Positions 28,226-38,060 of a stretch of 64,000 nucleotides of DNA are shown in pieces. The notes beneath the pieces were generated by a model. The model did not search any database. It saw only the letters and a program-made list of their open reading frames with translations, and had not been told where the DNA came from. Position 1 is the first letter of the stretch. Each line of letters starts with the position of its first letter. This stretch comes from Candidatus Moraniibacteriota bacterium (lineage in GTDB: Bacteria; Patescibacteriota; Minisyncoccia; Moranbacterales; UBA1568): positions 692,654-756,653 of the forward strand of contig CP064974.1 in the NCBI GenBank assembly GCA_016699385.1, written 5' to 3'. Made by a program: the position numbers and the translations under genes.

Positions 28226-28456
28226 CTACATTTGTGACATATCTGTTCCGCACACCCGGCAACCCTTCTTGTGCATTGTAACTTCATAGAGGGCTGCGAC
28301 ACCTACCAATACATAGATGAGTCGCGACACCGGCGCATCCATCCCGCCAAAGAGAAAATCTCCGATATCCGAACCAAACACCCCAACAAGCAACCAATTG
28401 ATTCCCCCAACAATGAGGAGAATGAAGGCTGCCATATGCATCATCTTCATACGCAT
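28226..28456 (-). CDS. DUF378-family small membrane protein
   Basis: 76 aa with two TM helices. The GINWLLVGVFGSD...RLIYVLVGVAALY pattern is typical of DUF378. Confidence 0.55.
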   Translation of the reverse strand: MRMKMMHMAAFILLIVGGINWLLVGVFGSDIGDFLFGGMDAPVSRLIYVLVGVAALYEVTMHKKGCRVCGTDMSQM

Positions 28457-28635
28457 GTGCGTAAATAATTATGCCATCGCTTTCTGCAAAAATTATACCA
28501 CAAATATGAACGATGCGGGAGGTCTATGCACCACAAGCATCTCCCCCCAAAAGACTCTTAAAGCCCACAAAAGAAGTGCCACAAAACAAACTTCTCACAC
28601 TGTTTTTCAAAGAAACAACCCTTCTTGATAGATTC

Positions 28636-29493
28636 TTATTGTTTCGGCTGATGAATAACCCGTTGCGGAAACGGAATTTCAATACCCTCTTTATCGAAGG
28701 CAATCTTGATTCGCTTGCGGAGTTCGCCCGTCACATCCCACTGCTTTATTGGTTGTGTGTCACCAAGAATTTTGATAACAATTGCCGAGTCGCCAAAGTC
28801 ATCGACGCGAAGAAATTGTGGTGGTGCGATAATCATATCTTTCCAATTCGGGTCATTGGAAAGTTCCATACCAACGCGATTCACCACCGCAATGACATGC
28901 TCCAAATCGGCATTATAGGCGATACCTATATTGAGATTGACCCGCGAAAAATTTTTGGAAAGATTCGACACCTGCTTCACCTCGCCATGCGGCACATGAT
29001 GGACGGTTCCATCCATATCGCGGAGCGTCGTCATACGAAGACTGATATCTTCAACCAAGCCACAGGTACTATCGAAACACACTACATCGCCAATCCGATA
29101 CTGATTCTCCATGATAATGAACAACCCACTGATGAGATCGCGGATAAGGTACTGCCCGCCAAATCCAAACGCAAGTCCCGCTACTCCGGCTGCCGCAATA
29201 AGCGGCCCTACCGCAAAGCCCAGTTCTGAAAGTCCCATTAGCCCAACGAGCATCCACAGCAATATTTCAACCGACGTCGTAAAAATACGAATCAGCGTGT
29301 CCTCGCGCTTTCGCTCGGCCTCCTTACTCAGAAATCGACTTGGCACCACAAGCCTCCGCACAGATTTCTCGATAAATATTCCCGTAAACCGCTGAATAAT
29401 CAGCGCTGAAACAACGATAGCTAGTACCTTAACCCCATGATCCAGAAACCACGGCGTCACATTCTCCACAAGAGATTGGATGAAATTTTGCAT
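28636..29493 (-). CDS. mscS: Small-conductance mechanosensitive channel (MscS family)
   Basis: Three TM helices followed by the MscS beta-domain motif LIRDLISGLFIIMENQYRIGDVV. Confidence 0.85.
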   Translation of the reverse strand: MQNFIQSLVENVTPWFLDHGVKVLAIVVSALIIQRFTGIFIEKSVRRLVVPSRFLSKEAERKREDTLIRIFTTSVEILLWMLVGLMGLSELGFAVGPLIAAAGVAGLAFGFGGQYLIRDLISGLFIIMENQYRIGDVVCFDSTCGLVEDISLRMTTLRDMDGTVHHVPHGEVKQVSNLSKNFSRVNLNIGIAYNADLEHVIAVVNRVGMELSNDPNWKDMIIAPPQFLRVDDFGDSAIVIKILGDTQPIKQWDVTGELRKRIKIAFDKEGIEIPFPQRVIHQPKQ

Positions 29494-29523
29494 AGAAAAG
29501 AAATTTTCTTATAGAAAATAATG

Positions 29524-29613
29524 TGGCGGTGGGGGTGAGATTCGAACTCACGGTACCGTTTCCGGTACGGCAGTTTTCAAGACTGCTACCTTAAACCGCT
29601 CGGTCACCCCACC
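29524..29613 (-). tRNA. tRNA-Ser (anticodon TGA), CCA encoded
   Basis: GGTGGGG acceptor, anticodon loop CTTGAAA, long variable arm CGTACCGGAAACGGTACC, T arm GTGAG TTCGAAT CTCAC, GCCA 3' end. Confidence 0.85.
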
Positions 29614-29738
29614 AAATACGACGCGCCGCAACACCAAAAAACTTCTTCCCTCCCCAGACTACCAAGAAAGAAACGGCTTGTAAAACATGCTATACTATAT
29701 TCATCTTCAGTCTCATCTTCAAAAAAGCGTGACTTCCT

Positions 29739-30206
29739 ATGGAACACGATTCTTCACAACTCATCTGGATGGCACCGGAATTCGATGAGTCGCCCATACA
29801 CCAGCGAGCGCTCCTTATACTCCTCGTGGTTTTTCTTGCCATCATTATATATGCGCTAATCGAAAACAGTTCCATAATGGCAATGACCTTTGTACTCCTT
29901 GGAACTATCACCTTCCTCCACAGCCGGAAGCCTCCAAAAACACTCGACTGTGCTATCGCATCAGAAAGCGTTGTTGTCGAAAAAGAAGCGTACATGTTCG
30001 AAAATATTGAGTCATTTTGGATTATCTACGAAGAAGATGAGAAAAGTCTTTCCCTCAAAACACGCGGTTCACTCATTGCTTCCGTCCGCATCCCGCTCGG
30101 CACTATGAATCCAAACACCGTTCGAGATACGCTGCTCAAATACATCCGAGAAGTCCGATACGAGCCGACACTGGTTGACACCCTCTCTCGTTTCCTGCAT
30201 ATTTAA
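29739..30206 (+). CDS. Hypothetical membrane protein
   Basis: 155 aa with two TM helices. No motif recognised. Confidence 0.3.
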   Translation: MEHDSSQLIWMAPEFDESPIHQRALLILLVVFLAIIIYALIENSSIMAMTFVLLGTITFLHSRKPPKTLDCAIASESVVVEKEAYMFENIESFWIIYEEDEKSLSLKTRGSLIASVRIPLGTMNPNTVRDTLLKYIREVRYEPTLVDTLSRFLHI

Positions 30207-30216
30207 ACGAGGTTGC

Positions 30217-30289
30217 GCGCTCGTAGCTCAGTGGATAGAGCGTCTGGTTGCGGTCCAGAAGGTCGCAGGTTCGATTCCTGCCGAGCGCA
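30217..30289 (+). tRNA. tRNA-Arg with anticodon GCG (unusual; ACG is expected in bacteria)
   Basis: GCGCTCG acceptor, D arm GCTC AGTGGATA GAGC, anticodon stem TCTGG/CCAGA with loop TTGCGGT, T arm GCAGG TTCGATT CCTGC, discriminator A. Confidence 0.75.
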
Positions 30290-30372
30290 CTATCGACAAA
30301 TCATCAAGGGAGAAGCAAGAAAAAGACAGGCAAGTCGCCTGTCTTTTTCTCTTGCAAAGAAGCTACATGAGA

Positions 30373-30978
30373 CTACGCACCGCTCCAGAAGCTCATCATA
30401 ATGCCGAGATCACGGGTGTTTACCACATTATCAGCATTCACATCGGAGGCAAATCCCGACCCTGTCTTCAGCCAGTCAACAACCAATGCTGTAAAATCGG
30501 CGATAGAATAGGTCTTAACCTGAGTATTTGCGGAAACAACCGTCGACTGCGCCGACTCTCCAAATCCACTATACGCTGTCACAGCATAAACATATGCTCC
30601 GGATGAGAGTCCGGTATCAGAATAGGTGGTTGTTGTTGCATTTGTTGTTCCGATTTTCGTTGTCGGCGTGCAACTAGCACCACTACATCGGTAGATATTG
30701 TATCCCGAAAGCCATCCGTCCGTCACCGCATCCCATGACAGGTTAATCTGTGTTGCTGAAGGAGATGATGCAACAAGATTCTGCGGCACTGGCGGTGCAC
30801 CTGATGGCGGTGGAGGTGGAGGTGGAAGCGCAGCGAACACTGATGGAATAAAAGATAATGCTGCAATCGAGAGGACTCCAAGGAGCACGCTTCTAAATGC
30901 TCGCCTCCCCCTCTTCTTAAAGATGCTCGATTTTCGCTTCATAAGATTCTGCGATGGATGAATTAAGACTTGCTTCAA
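30373..30978 (-). CDS. Secreted protein with a fibronectin type III domain and a C-terminal dockerin-like Ca-binding repeat
   Basis: Pro-rich linker PPPPPPPSGAPPVP, FN3 pattern INLSWDAV...GYNIYR, and C-terminal DVNADNVVNTRDLGIMMSFW resembling a dockerin segment. Confidence 0.45.
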   Translation of the reverse strand: MKQVLIHPSQNLMKRKSSIFKKRGRRAFRSVLLGVLSIAALSFIPSVFAALPPPPPPPSGAPPVPQNLVASSPSATQINLSWDAVTDGWLSGYNIYRCSGASCTPTTKIGTTNATTTTYSDTGLSSGAYVYAVTAYSGFGESAQSTVVSANTQVKTYSIADFTALVVDWLKTGSGFASDVNADNVVNTRDLGIMMSFWSGA

Positions 30979-30998
30979 AAGGCACTCGCTAGAGAAAA

Positions 30999-32873
30999 TT
31001 ACCGAACGCGGATAAGAATAGTCTTCGATGTGCTATTGCCGACATCGTCATACACTTTGAGTTCGAACATGTGAATACCGACTGGTGTATTCGCTGGAAT
31101 ATTGAAAGATTTACTCTTTGTCGTCTTCCAGTATCCAAGGAATTGATAGCGATAATGGTCAATATCCTTGTTGTCTACGGCATCCCACCATACTTTTTCA
31201 CCACGCGCCTTGGAGAGGAACAGAGGGAGATCGGTAATCTCCGGATCCTTATCATCTACGAAAATGGTATAAGTGGCCGATTTATCAATCTCATTTCCAT
31301 TCATATCAAGGTATCGGATGGAGTATCGGAATGATCCGTTCTCTTTTTCCGTCACCTTAATCGACCAGTCTCCATTACCGTTCACACTGGTTTTATCCTT
31401 CAATTTTCCTTCACGATAAACCTCAACCTTCCCATTCTTTATATCATCATCTGACCCCTTGAAAGAGAGTCTCGAATCATTTGTCATAATCTTATCGCGC
31501 TTTCCAAACTTCGTTTTTTCACCGACTACCTCAATAGAATCTCGCGAGAACTTTCCGCGATCATTTGAAGAAACATCGACCGTGCAGGACTGCTCAATGT
31601 CTGGATTGCCACCCGAGCACCCACTGGGAATCCCTACTGAATCACGACTTTGCTTCCCTCCCAAGCATGACCCCCATTCACCATAGGAGAAGCTCGAGCA
31701 AACCACTGTCGGAGGTGTATAGGTGCAACTCTGGCTCGAGGACGGCGGAGTACCACCGGAGCACCCTGCCGGGACACCGGACACCGTACGAATCTGCGTA
31801 TTATCTACCTGGCAATCACCCCACGAAGACGTCGTAAAACTGGTACACGTTGTATCTCCCCCGGTATAGGTACAGCTCTGCGTCGATGCTGGTGGAGTAC
31901 CGCCGGAGCATCCAGCTGGGACGCCCGTCACCGTCTGTGTCTGTGTGCCATTCGGCTGGCACTCTCCCCATCCTGACTCCGTAAAGCTCGTACAGGTTGG
32001 CGGCGTATAGGTACACGACTGTGTTGTCACTGCTGCCACACCACCCGAACAAACATCTGGAACAGTCGAGACAACCGTTTGCGTCTGCGTACCATCGGGC
32101 TGGCACGCGCCCCATCCGGAATAGACATAATCAGTGCACGCTGGCGCACCAACAAGTGCCCGAATACCAGAGACGCTCGCGAGCAAATCATTGCCATTTG
32201 CCCCTTCCTCAATCACATCTGAATCAGTTGAATTATCTGCTCCCACATAAGTAAACCGGATATTATTCGTCGAGGAAGATACCGATCGAAGCGCTTTGAA
32301 CGTTAAAGTTGCCAAAAGACCGGCATTGTTCCGAACACCCGGCGCCGGCTTGGCAAGTGTCAAAGAAATCGTCCCACCAGCCGTATCATTGTCTACGATT
32401 TGACAGGGATTTCCCTGATAGACACAGCTATTACTGACGCCAAATATAGATCCACTCGTATCCCATCCGGTCAGCTGGAAATCCGCCGGGTCATAGGTCA
32501 CAATAGCGCGCGTCGCCACCACATCAACACCACCCGTATCCAACACCAAATCTACAGAGAACGTATCGTCTTGCGCAACATTGACCGTTGTCCCGTCACC
32601 CGATGCATCCGGCGACGTCATAGAAAGCGTCGCCGTTCCACTTGCCTTGGAGAGACTCTCGATTTCCAGTGACACACTCCATACAAATGATACAAAGGCG
32701 CCGGACACAAACGCAAGCATGAAAAGCCCTTGCCATGTCTTTACACGTGCACGCGACACAAAAACCCATGACTTCCCGAGAAGCGGGAGGGTATCGTTTG
32801 CAACACTATCAATATGCCGATTCATGGTCCCACCTGTTTGAAGTGGATCTTTTTTTTGTTTTTCTTCAGCCAT
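30999..32873 (-). CDS. Membrane-anchored protein with a cohesin-like domain and four TSP1-like Cys repeats
   Basis: N-terminal TM helix and a cohesin-like beta-sandwich region. A repeat of about 43 aa (Y.GWG.CQ..GTQTQTV...P..CSGG.....TQSCTYT) occurs four times. 624 aa. Confidence 0.45.
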   Translation of the reverse strand: MAEEKQKKDPLQTGGTMNRHIDSVANDTLPLLGKSWVFVSRARVKTWQGLFMLAFVSGAFVSFVWSVSLEIESLSKASGTATLSMTSPDASGDGTTVNVAQDDTFSVDLVLDTGGVDVVATRAIVTYDPADFQLTGWDTSGSIFGVSNSCVYQGNPCQIVDNDTAGGTISLTLAKPAPGVRNNAGLLATLTFKALRSVSSSTNNIRFTYVGADNSTDSDVIEEGANGNDLLASVSGIRALVGAPACTDYVYSGWGACQPDGTQTQTVVSTVPDVCSGGVAAVTTQSCTYTPPTCTSFTESGWGECQPNGTQTQTVTGVPAGCSGGTPPASTQSCTYTGGDTTCTSFTTSSWGDCQVDNTQIRTVSGVPAGCSGGTPPSSSQSCTYTPPTVVCSSFSYGEWGSCLGGKQSRDSVGIPSGCSGGNPDIEQSCTVDVSSNDRGKFSRDSIEVVGEKTKFGKRDKIMTNDSRLSFKGSDDDIKNGKVEVYREGKLKDKTSVNGNGDWSIKVTEKENGSFRYSIRYLDMNGNEIDKSATYTIFVDDKDPEITDLPLFLSKARGEKVWWDAVDNKDIDHYRYQFLGYWKTTKSKSFNIPANTPVGIHMFELKVYDDVGNSTSKTILIRVR

Positions 32874-32963
32874 AGTGCTGCAAAAAGATATTTAAAATTA
32901 TGGGTATTGCTAATTTCGAATAGGTATTAGATACTGGAGTCATAACCCATAACTCCACGATCT

Positions 32964-33353
32964 ATGCCCTGTCCCAAATGTGCCTCCGAACGCTTCACAA
33001 AGAACGGTTTTCTGAAACAACGCCAACGGTATCTCTGCCAAGAATGCGGGTACACCTACTCAACACCTCACGGTCACGGTAAACCCAAAGAAATGAAGCG
33101 TCAGGCACTTCGGCTGTATCTCGAGGGAATGGGATTTCGGGGTATCGGACGGATTCTCGGAGTAAGCAATGTGGCGGTTTTGAAGTGGATGAATCTTGCC
33201 GCCGATCGTTTGCGGATGCATCTTCAACGGGAAATGCCGAAACAATCGAAGAAAATATCGGTGATGGAATGGGATGAGTTGTGGCATTTTGTTCGAAAAA
33301 AAAGTCAAAACTCTGGATCTGGCTGGCAGTGGATAGAGAAACAATGGCCATAG
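32964..33353 (+). CDS. insA: IS1 InsA-like protein (zinc finger plus HTH); N-terminal part of the transposase
   Basis: CPKCASERFTKNGFLKQRQRYLCQEC parallels the IS1 InsA Cys4 motif. GFRGIGRILGVSNVAVLKWM is the HTH. Confidence 0.7.
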   Translation: MPCPKCASERFTKNGFLKQRQRYLCQECGYTYSTPHGHGKPKEMKRQALRLYLEGMGFRGIGRILGVSNVAVLKWMNLAADRLRMHLQREMPKQSKKISVMEWDELWHFVRKKSQNSGSGWQWIEKQWP

Positions 33354-33658
33354 TTGATTTTGCGGTAGGAAGCCGAGGAGCGAGTACTGGAAAAAAGCTC
33401 TGGAAGAAGATACGGCATTTGGATTGTTCGCTTCATACGTCGGATTATTGGGAAGCCTATCGGAAGTTTTTGCCACAGGATAAGCATATCACTTCAAAAG
33501 CGGAAACGTTTTCAGTTGAAGGAATGAATAATCTGCTCCGGCATTTCATCGCTCGTTTCAAAAGAAGGACGCATTGCTATTCGAAGAGTGTAGTCATGGT
33601 GCTGAAGACGCTTTTGCTCTTTCAGTATCGGGAAATGGTGGTTTCTATTTTAAGTTAG
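33281..33658 (+). CDS. insB: IS1 InsB-like transposase catalytic part, in the -1 frame relative to InsA; the frames switch within an A8 run
   Basis: KLWIWLAVDRETMAIVDFAVGS...TSDYWEAYRKF...SKAETFSVEGMNNLLRHFIARFKRRTHCYSKS parallels IS1 InsB (RWLFYAYD...MTDGWPLYE...[32 protein letters not shown]). The frame switch occurs inside the DDE domain at AAAAAAAA (33293-33300). Confidence 0.65.
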   Translation: MAFCSKKKSKLWIWLAVDRETMAIVDFAVGSRGASTGKKLWKKIRHLDCSLHTSDYWEAYRKFLPQDKHITSKAETFSVEGMNNLLRHFIARFKRRTHCYSKSVVMVLKTLLLFQYREMVVSILS

Positions 33659-33719
33659 CAATACCAAATTATGATCTCCGTAAAAAATAATCTCAAGAAA
33701 GTGCCCGAGATGGTAGCCT

Positions 33720-34238
33720 TCACGATACTGGAAAATCAAATGACTTCAATACATCTGCAATTGCCACTATACCTACCATAATATCATCACTACTCGTCAC
33801 TGGGAAGACACTGAGCCCTGTTTCTTTGAATTTCCCAATAAGTTCCTGAACCGACATACTTTCTAGCACTACCTGGCATGGCGAACTCATGATATCCTTT
33901 GCTTTTGCTTGCATAAGACGATCCACCATTTCTCGCCGACTCCCATTCATCTCACTCGCAACACGCATCTTCCGCATGAAATCTATATATGAGGGGAGAT
34001 AGATATTCGACGAATCTTTCGTGAAAAAGTCCGTCTCCGTAATAATACCAACTATTTTCCCTCCATCAAGCACCGGAACGCCATGAATGCGATTCTCAGT
34101 AAGAATCGACGCCACCTTCTGCAAAGGTTCATTCGGTTCAACAGAAATAACCGAAACGGTCATAATATCCCTCACAACAGAATCACTCATACGTGCAAGA
34201 AAATATATAGAAAATATTCCTTCAGAGGAAGTACTCAC
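33720..34238 (-). CDS. CBS-domain pair protein
   Basis: Two CBS motifs (VRDIMTVSVISVEPNEPL...HGVPVLDGGKIVGIITETD and AKDIMSSPCQVVLESMSV...LSVFPVTSSDDIMVGIVAIADV). Confidence 0.75.
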   Translation of the reverse strand: MSTSSEGIFSIYFLARMSDSVVRDIMTVSVISVEPNEPLQKVASILTENRIHGVPVLDGGKIVGIITETDFFTKDSSNIYLPSYIDFMRKMRVASEMNGSRREMVDRLMQAKAKDIMSSPCQVVLESMSVQELIGKFKETGLSVFPVTSSDDIMVGIVAIADVLKSFDFPVS

Positions 34239-34355
34239 AGTATAAACTATTCTCTCTCCATTCGCAAAATCGAATGTAAAGTACCCGTGTCAATATGCGA
34301 GACAAATACTCCTCTCCGCCTTTACAATCAAACAAAAAAACGCTCTATTGGAAGT

Positions 34356-36440
34356 ATGACATCCTATCAAACTCCCATCACTGCCCTTCCGACGATTAAG
34401 AAAACATTCGTCCAGAAATTCGCGACACTCGGGATATACACCGTTCGCGACCTCCTCTTCCATATCCCTTCACGATACGAAGACTTCTCGCAAATAAAGA
34501 AAATCACCGAGGCGATCGAGGAAGAAAAGACAACCTTTGAAGGAACGGTTGCGCCCTTCCGAGAAAAGAAAACGTGGAAGCGACAGATGACGATATTTGA
34601 AACTGACCTGACTGACGAATCGGGAACCATTCGCCTCGTCTGGTTCAATCAGAAGCTCATTGCAAACAGCCTCGTGCCGGGCACACGGATTCGCGTCTCC
34701 GGCAAAGTCTCGAGCGACCGCGATGGACTCGTCATGGTTTCACCCGCCTTCGAGCGCGCCAATCGTCGCCCGACACACACCGCACGCCTCGTCCCCATCT
34801 ATCCAGAAACGTATGGTCTGACGTCAAAATTCATTCGCTGGCAAATCGAAAGTCTCTTCGAAAAGAAAATTGGTGTACCGGATCCACTTCCAGAAACACT
34901 CACTGACAAGCTCCATCTCCCGACACTACCTCGTGCCCTCCGCATGATTCACTTCCCCACATCCATCAATGAGGTGGAGATCGCTCGCAAGCGACTCGCC
35001 TTCGACGATATGTTCCTCGCACAACTCAAAAGCCTCGAGCTCAAATCACTCTGGAAACAATCTGCCGCCGTTTCTTTCCCAATGGACATCACGTTCACTG
35101 AACGTAACGCTTCACTTTTCCCTTTCCCCCTCACCAACGCGCAGAACAAAGCTCTCGAAGAAATCCTCCTCGACCTCGATCGCACCATGCCGATGAATCG
35201 CCTTGTGAATGGCGACGTCGGCTCCGGCAAGACCGCTATTGCGGCACTCGCTGGACTTCGCGTCGTGCAAGGCGGATTCCAAGTAGCACTCCTTGCGCCG
35301 ACAGAAGTACTTGCCCGACAACATTTCGAAACATTTTCCACACTCTTCGCCCAATCGTCATTTCAAGTTGCCCTCCTCACACGCTCTTCGCAAATACTTG
35401 CAGCTGAAACCGTCGCCAAAGAAACACTCAAAAATGCCATCCGGAGCGGACTCGCGAGCATCGTTATCGGCACGCACGCCCTGCTTCAAGAAGATGTGTC
35501 ATTCAAAAATCTCGCACTCGTCATCGTAGACGAACAGCACCGTTTCGGCGTCTCCCAGCGCGCCGCTCTGCAAGAAGCGACACGACATTCGGCAGACGGT
35601 CTCCCCGCCACGACGCCACACCTCCTCACACTGACAGCGACTCCCATACCACGCACGCTCGCCATCACTTTCCTTGGCAATCTCGATATCTCCGTACTCG
35701 ACGAAATGCCAAAGCATCGCATCCCCATTACAACCAAAATCGCCGCATCGCGCGATGCGAGAGAAACCGTTTTCCGATTTGCAAGACAAGAAATAAAGAA
35801 AGGTCGACAAGTCTTCATCATCCTGCCACTCGTCGAAGAATCCGCTGCTCTCTCCGAAGTCAAAGCTGCCAAAACCGAACACGAGAAGCTCTCCGCAAAA
35901 GTATTCCCCGAATTTTCTGTCGGACTCCTCTACGGAAAAATGAAATCTTCTGACAAAGAAAAAGTCATGCGCGATTTCAAAGATGGAAAAATACACGTGC
36001 TCGTCTCAACCTCCGTCGTCGAAGTGGGCGTCGACGTGCCCAATGCCACCGTCATGATTATCGAAAACGCCGACCGATTCGGACTCTCTCAGCTCCACCA
36101 ATTCCGCGGTCGTGTCGGACGCGGTGCTCACCCATCTTACTGCTTCCTCCTCCCTGGAAAAAACGGCGCCAACAATGACCGTCTCGATGCCCTCGTCGAG
36201 AGCAACAATGGCTTTTTCCTCGCAGAGAAAGACCTCGAAATACGTGGTCCAGGCGCATTCTTCGGACTCCGACAGTCTGGCATCCCCGATATTGCAATGA
36301 GTCATCTCGGCAATGCCCGCCTCATAAAAATCGCCCAAGAAGAGGCCTCATCACTCCTCCTTGCTGACCCCTCCCTCGAACAGCACCCTCATCTCCGCAA
36401 AGCCCTCGCAGAAATGACCGAAAACGTACATTTGGAATAA
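34356..36440 (+). CDS. recG: ATP-dependent DNA helicase RecG
   Basis: Wedge/OB-fold N-terminal domain and helicase motifs (GDVGSGKT, DEQHRFG, TATPIPRT, QLHQFRGRVGRG). Start set at MTSYQT (ATG at 34356). Confidence 0.9.
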   Translation: MTSYQTPITALPTIKKTFVQKFATLGIYTVRDLLFHIPSRYEDFSQIKKITEAIEEEKTTFEGTVAPFREKKTWKRQMTIFETDLTDESGTIRLVWFNQKLIANSLVPGTRIRVSGKVSSDRDGLVMVSPAFERANRRPTHTARLVPIYPETYGLTSKFIRWQIESLFEKKIGVPDPLPETLTDKLHLPTLPRALRMIHFPTSINEVEIARKRLAFDDMFLAQLKSLELKSLWKQSAAVSFPMDITFTERNASLFPFPLTNAQNKALEEILLDLDRTMPMNRLVNGDVGSGKTAIAALAGLRVVQGGFQVALLAPTEVLARQHFETFSTLFAQSSFQVALLTRSSQILAAETVAKETLKNAIRSGLASIVIGTHALLQEDVSFKNLALVIVDEQHRFGVSQRAALQEATRHSADGLPATTPHLLTLTATPIPRTLAITFLGNLDISVLDEMPKHRIPITTKIAASRDARETVFRFARQEIKKGRQVFIILPLVEESAALSEVKAAKTEHEKLSAKVFPEFSVGLLYGKMKSSDKEKVMRDFKDGKIHVLVSTSVVEVGVDVPNATVMIIENADRFGLSQLHQFRGRVGRGAHPSYCFLLPGKNGANNDRLDALVESNNGFFLAEKDLEIRGPGAFFGLRQSGIPDIAMSHLGNARLIKIAQEEASSLLLADPSLEQHPHLRKALAEMTENVHLE

Positions 36441-36698
36441 CCGATAAAATCTACACGTATAAAAAGACCTGATTCCTCGTCATTCCCGTCCCGCCAGGGC
36501 GAGAAGAATCCAAATACCACTTGCTCAATATAACCGATTTACAAACAAACCCTGTATTATGCCCCCTGAAAGCTGGTGGAACCTAGACACGCCCGCCCTC
36601 GCGAGTGTGACGAGTGAGGAGTTTTGGCTTATATTGAGAGAAAGATTCATTTCGCACGAGGTAAGTAATCAGATTAGTGGCGATGCAAAATATTCTCC

Positions 36699-38033
36699 TT
36701 ACGTGAGAAGCGCATCATCTCGAGCACACACACCAAGAAGAAACCCTAAAAACAGGGCGCCAAAATGCCCGCTCCACAACCAGTGATCAATCAGAAGCAT
36801 TGGCACAAGCGCAAAGAGTATCGAAAGCGAAAGCACATTCCTTTGTTTCCATGCCCGAGCAAATCCAAAAGCAAAGAGCAAAAGAAAAAGTACAAAACCA
36901 ATCACGCCAAGCTCGACAAAGACCAGTATTGGCACCATATGGACCGGCTGAAATGCTCCGACAAACGCCCCCGCATCCGGGAAGCGCTCCATCGAAAACG
37001 CCGTGAAATTCCCCCCGCCCACACCGAGTATTGGATGCTCGCGTATTGCAACAAGCGCCTGCTCCATATAGACTGCCCGATCCGAAAGCGACCCCTCACG
37101 AGCAAGTGTCTCATCCGAAAACCGACTCATTGCGATATCTCGAACCAAAAGGAATCCAAGAGAGAAAGAAGTTCCTACAAAAAACAACGATATAGCAAGA
37201 CGCTGTGCCACTTTCCGAACGGCGATTATTCTTCTATTTAAATTTATCAAGCCAAGAAATAATACTCCTCCACCACAACCAAGTGCCATCCACGCACTCC
37301 GCGAAAAGGTGACAACCAATGCAAAACTCGACACAACCGTCATGCCAAGAAGTGCAACTCGTACACAGAGTCGCCGTGCCGTCACCGAAAGCCACACGCC
37401 AAAAAGTATCGCCATTGCAAGCGCTCCCCCCAAAACGTTCGGATGCTCGAATCCGCCATATGCCCGGAGAAACCGCCCACTCTCCGTCTTCAATACAAAC
37501 GTCCCCCATTGCGAAGGATCATGCTGAGCAATACCAAAAAGACTTGAGGAAAAAACGAATTGCGAAACCCACTGCGAAAGCGCAAGTCCCGCCTGTACCG
37601 TCATGGAAAAAAGAAACATCGCAATCGTTTTCCGAAAAGAAACGCCGCCATACCGCATGCACACATACACAAGCGTCATAAGAAAAACGCGCCACACCGA
37701 AAGGAGCGCGAGTTCTCGATTGATTGCCCAGAGTGTCGAAAGAAGCGACCATGCAAGGAGCGCCACAAAAATCCGCACGAACACATCGCGAGACAATTCT
37801 CGCCACGTTTCACGCGACGCGCACAGATAGAAAAAAATCGCAAACGCCACGAGCACTATATCCGACACATACATCCCAATAGTCGCATACTGCCATTTCT
37901 CCCCATCAACAAACACCTCGCGAAAAATCCACACCGTCTGCCACGGCAAAAGAAAGACAAAAGTGTACCACAGAAAATTTTTGACGCGTTCACCCATACC
38001 AAAAAGCATATCACCCGCCACCCAAGAGAACAA
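36699..38033 (-). CDS. O-antigen ligase / Wzy-like polytopic membrane protein
   Basis: About 10-12 TM helices with a large periplasmic loop near the C-terminus, typical of the Wzy_C family. Confidence 0.5.
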   Translation of the reverse strand: MFSWVAGDMLFGMGERVKNFLWYTFVFLLPWQTVWIFREVFVDGEKWQYATIGMYVSDIVLVAFAIFFYLCASRETWRELSRDVFVRIFVALLAWSLLSTLWAINRELALLSVWRVFLMTLVYVCMRYGGVSFRKTIAMFLFSMTVQAGLALSQWVSQFVFSSSLFGIAQHDPSQWGTFVLKTESGRFLRAYGGFEHPNVLGGALAMAILFGVWLSVTARRLCVRVALLGMTVVSSFALVVTFSRSAWMALGCGGGVLFLGLINLNRRIIAVRKVAQRLAISLFFVGTSFSLGFLLVRDIAMSRFSDETLAREGSLSDRAVYMEQALVAIREHPILGVGGGNFTAFSMERFPDAGAFVGAFQPVHMVPILVFVELGVIGFVLFLLLFAFGFARAWKQRNVLSLSILFALVPMLLIDHWLWSGHFGALFLGFLLGVCARDDALLT

Positions 38034-38060
38034 ACAAAAAAGCCCTCAAAGAGCTCCATA

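Larger units (their letters stand above)
32903..33665 (+). mobile_element. IS1-family insertion sequence (763 bp) with imperfect terminal inverted repeats and 8-bp target-site duplication AAATTATG
   Basis: Inverted repeats GGTATTGCTAAtTT at 32903-32916 and the reverse complement GGTATTGCTAAcTT at 33652-33665. Direct repeats AAATTATG at 32895-32902 and 33666-33673. Internal ORFs are homologous to IS1 InsA and InsB. Confidence 0.75.

Noticed and set aside
34949-36338. Minus-strand ORFs within recG (34949-35341, 35112-35354, 35486-35872, 35499-35996, 36006-36338)
   Set aside because: They lie antisense to recG helicase motifs and have no homology.
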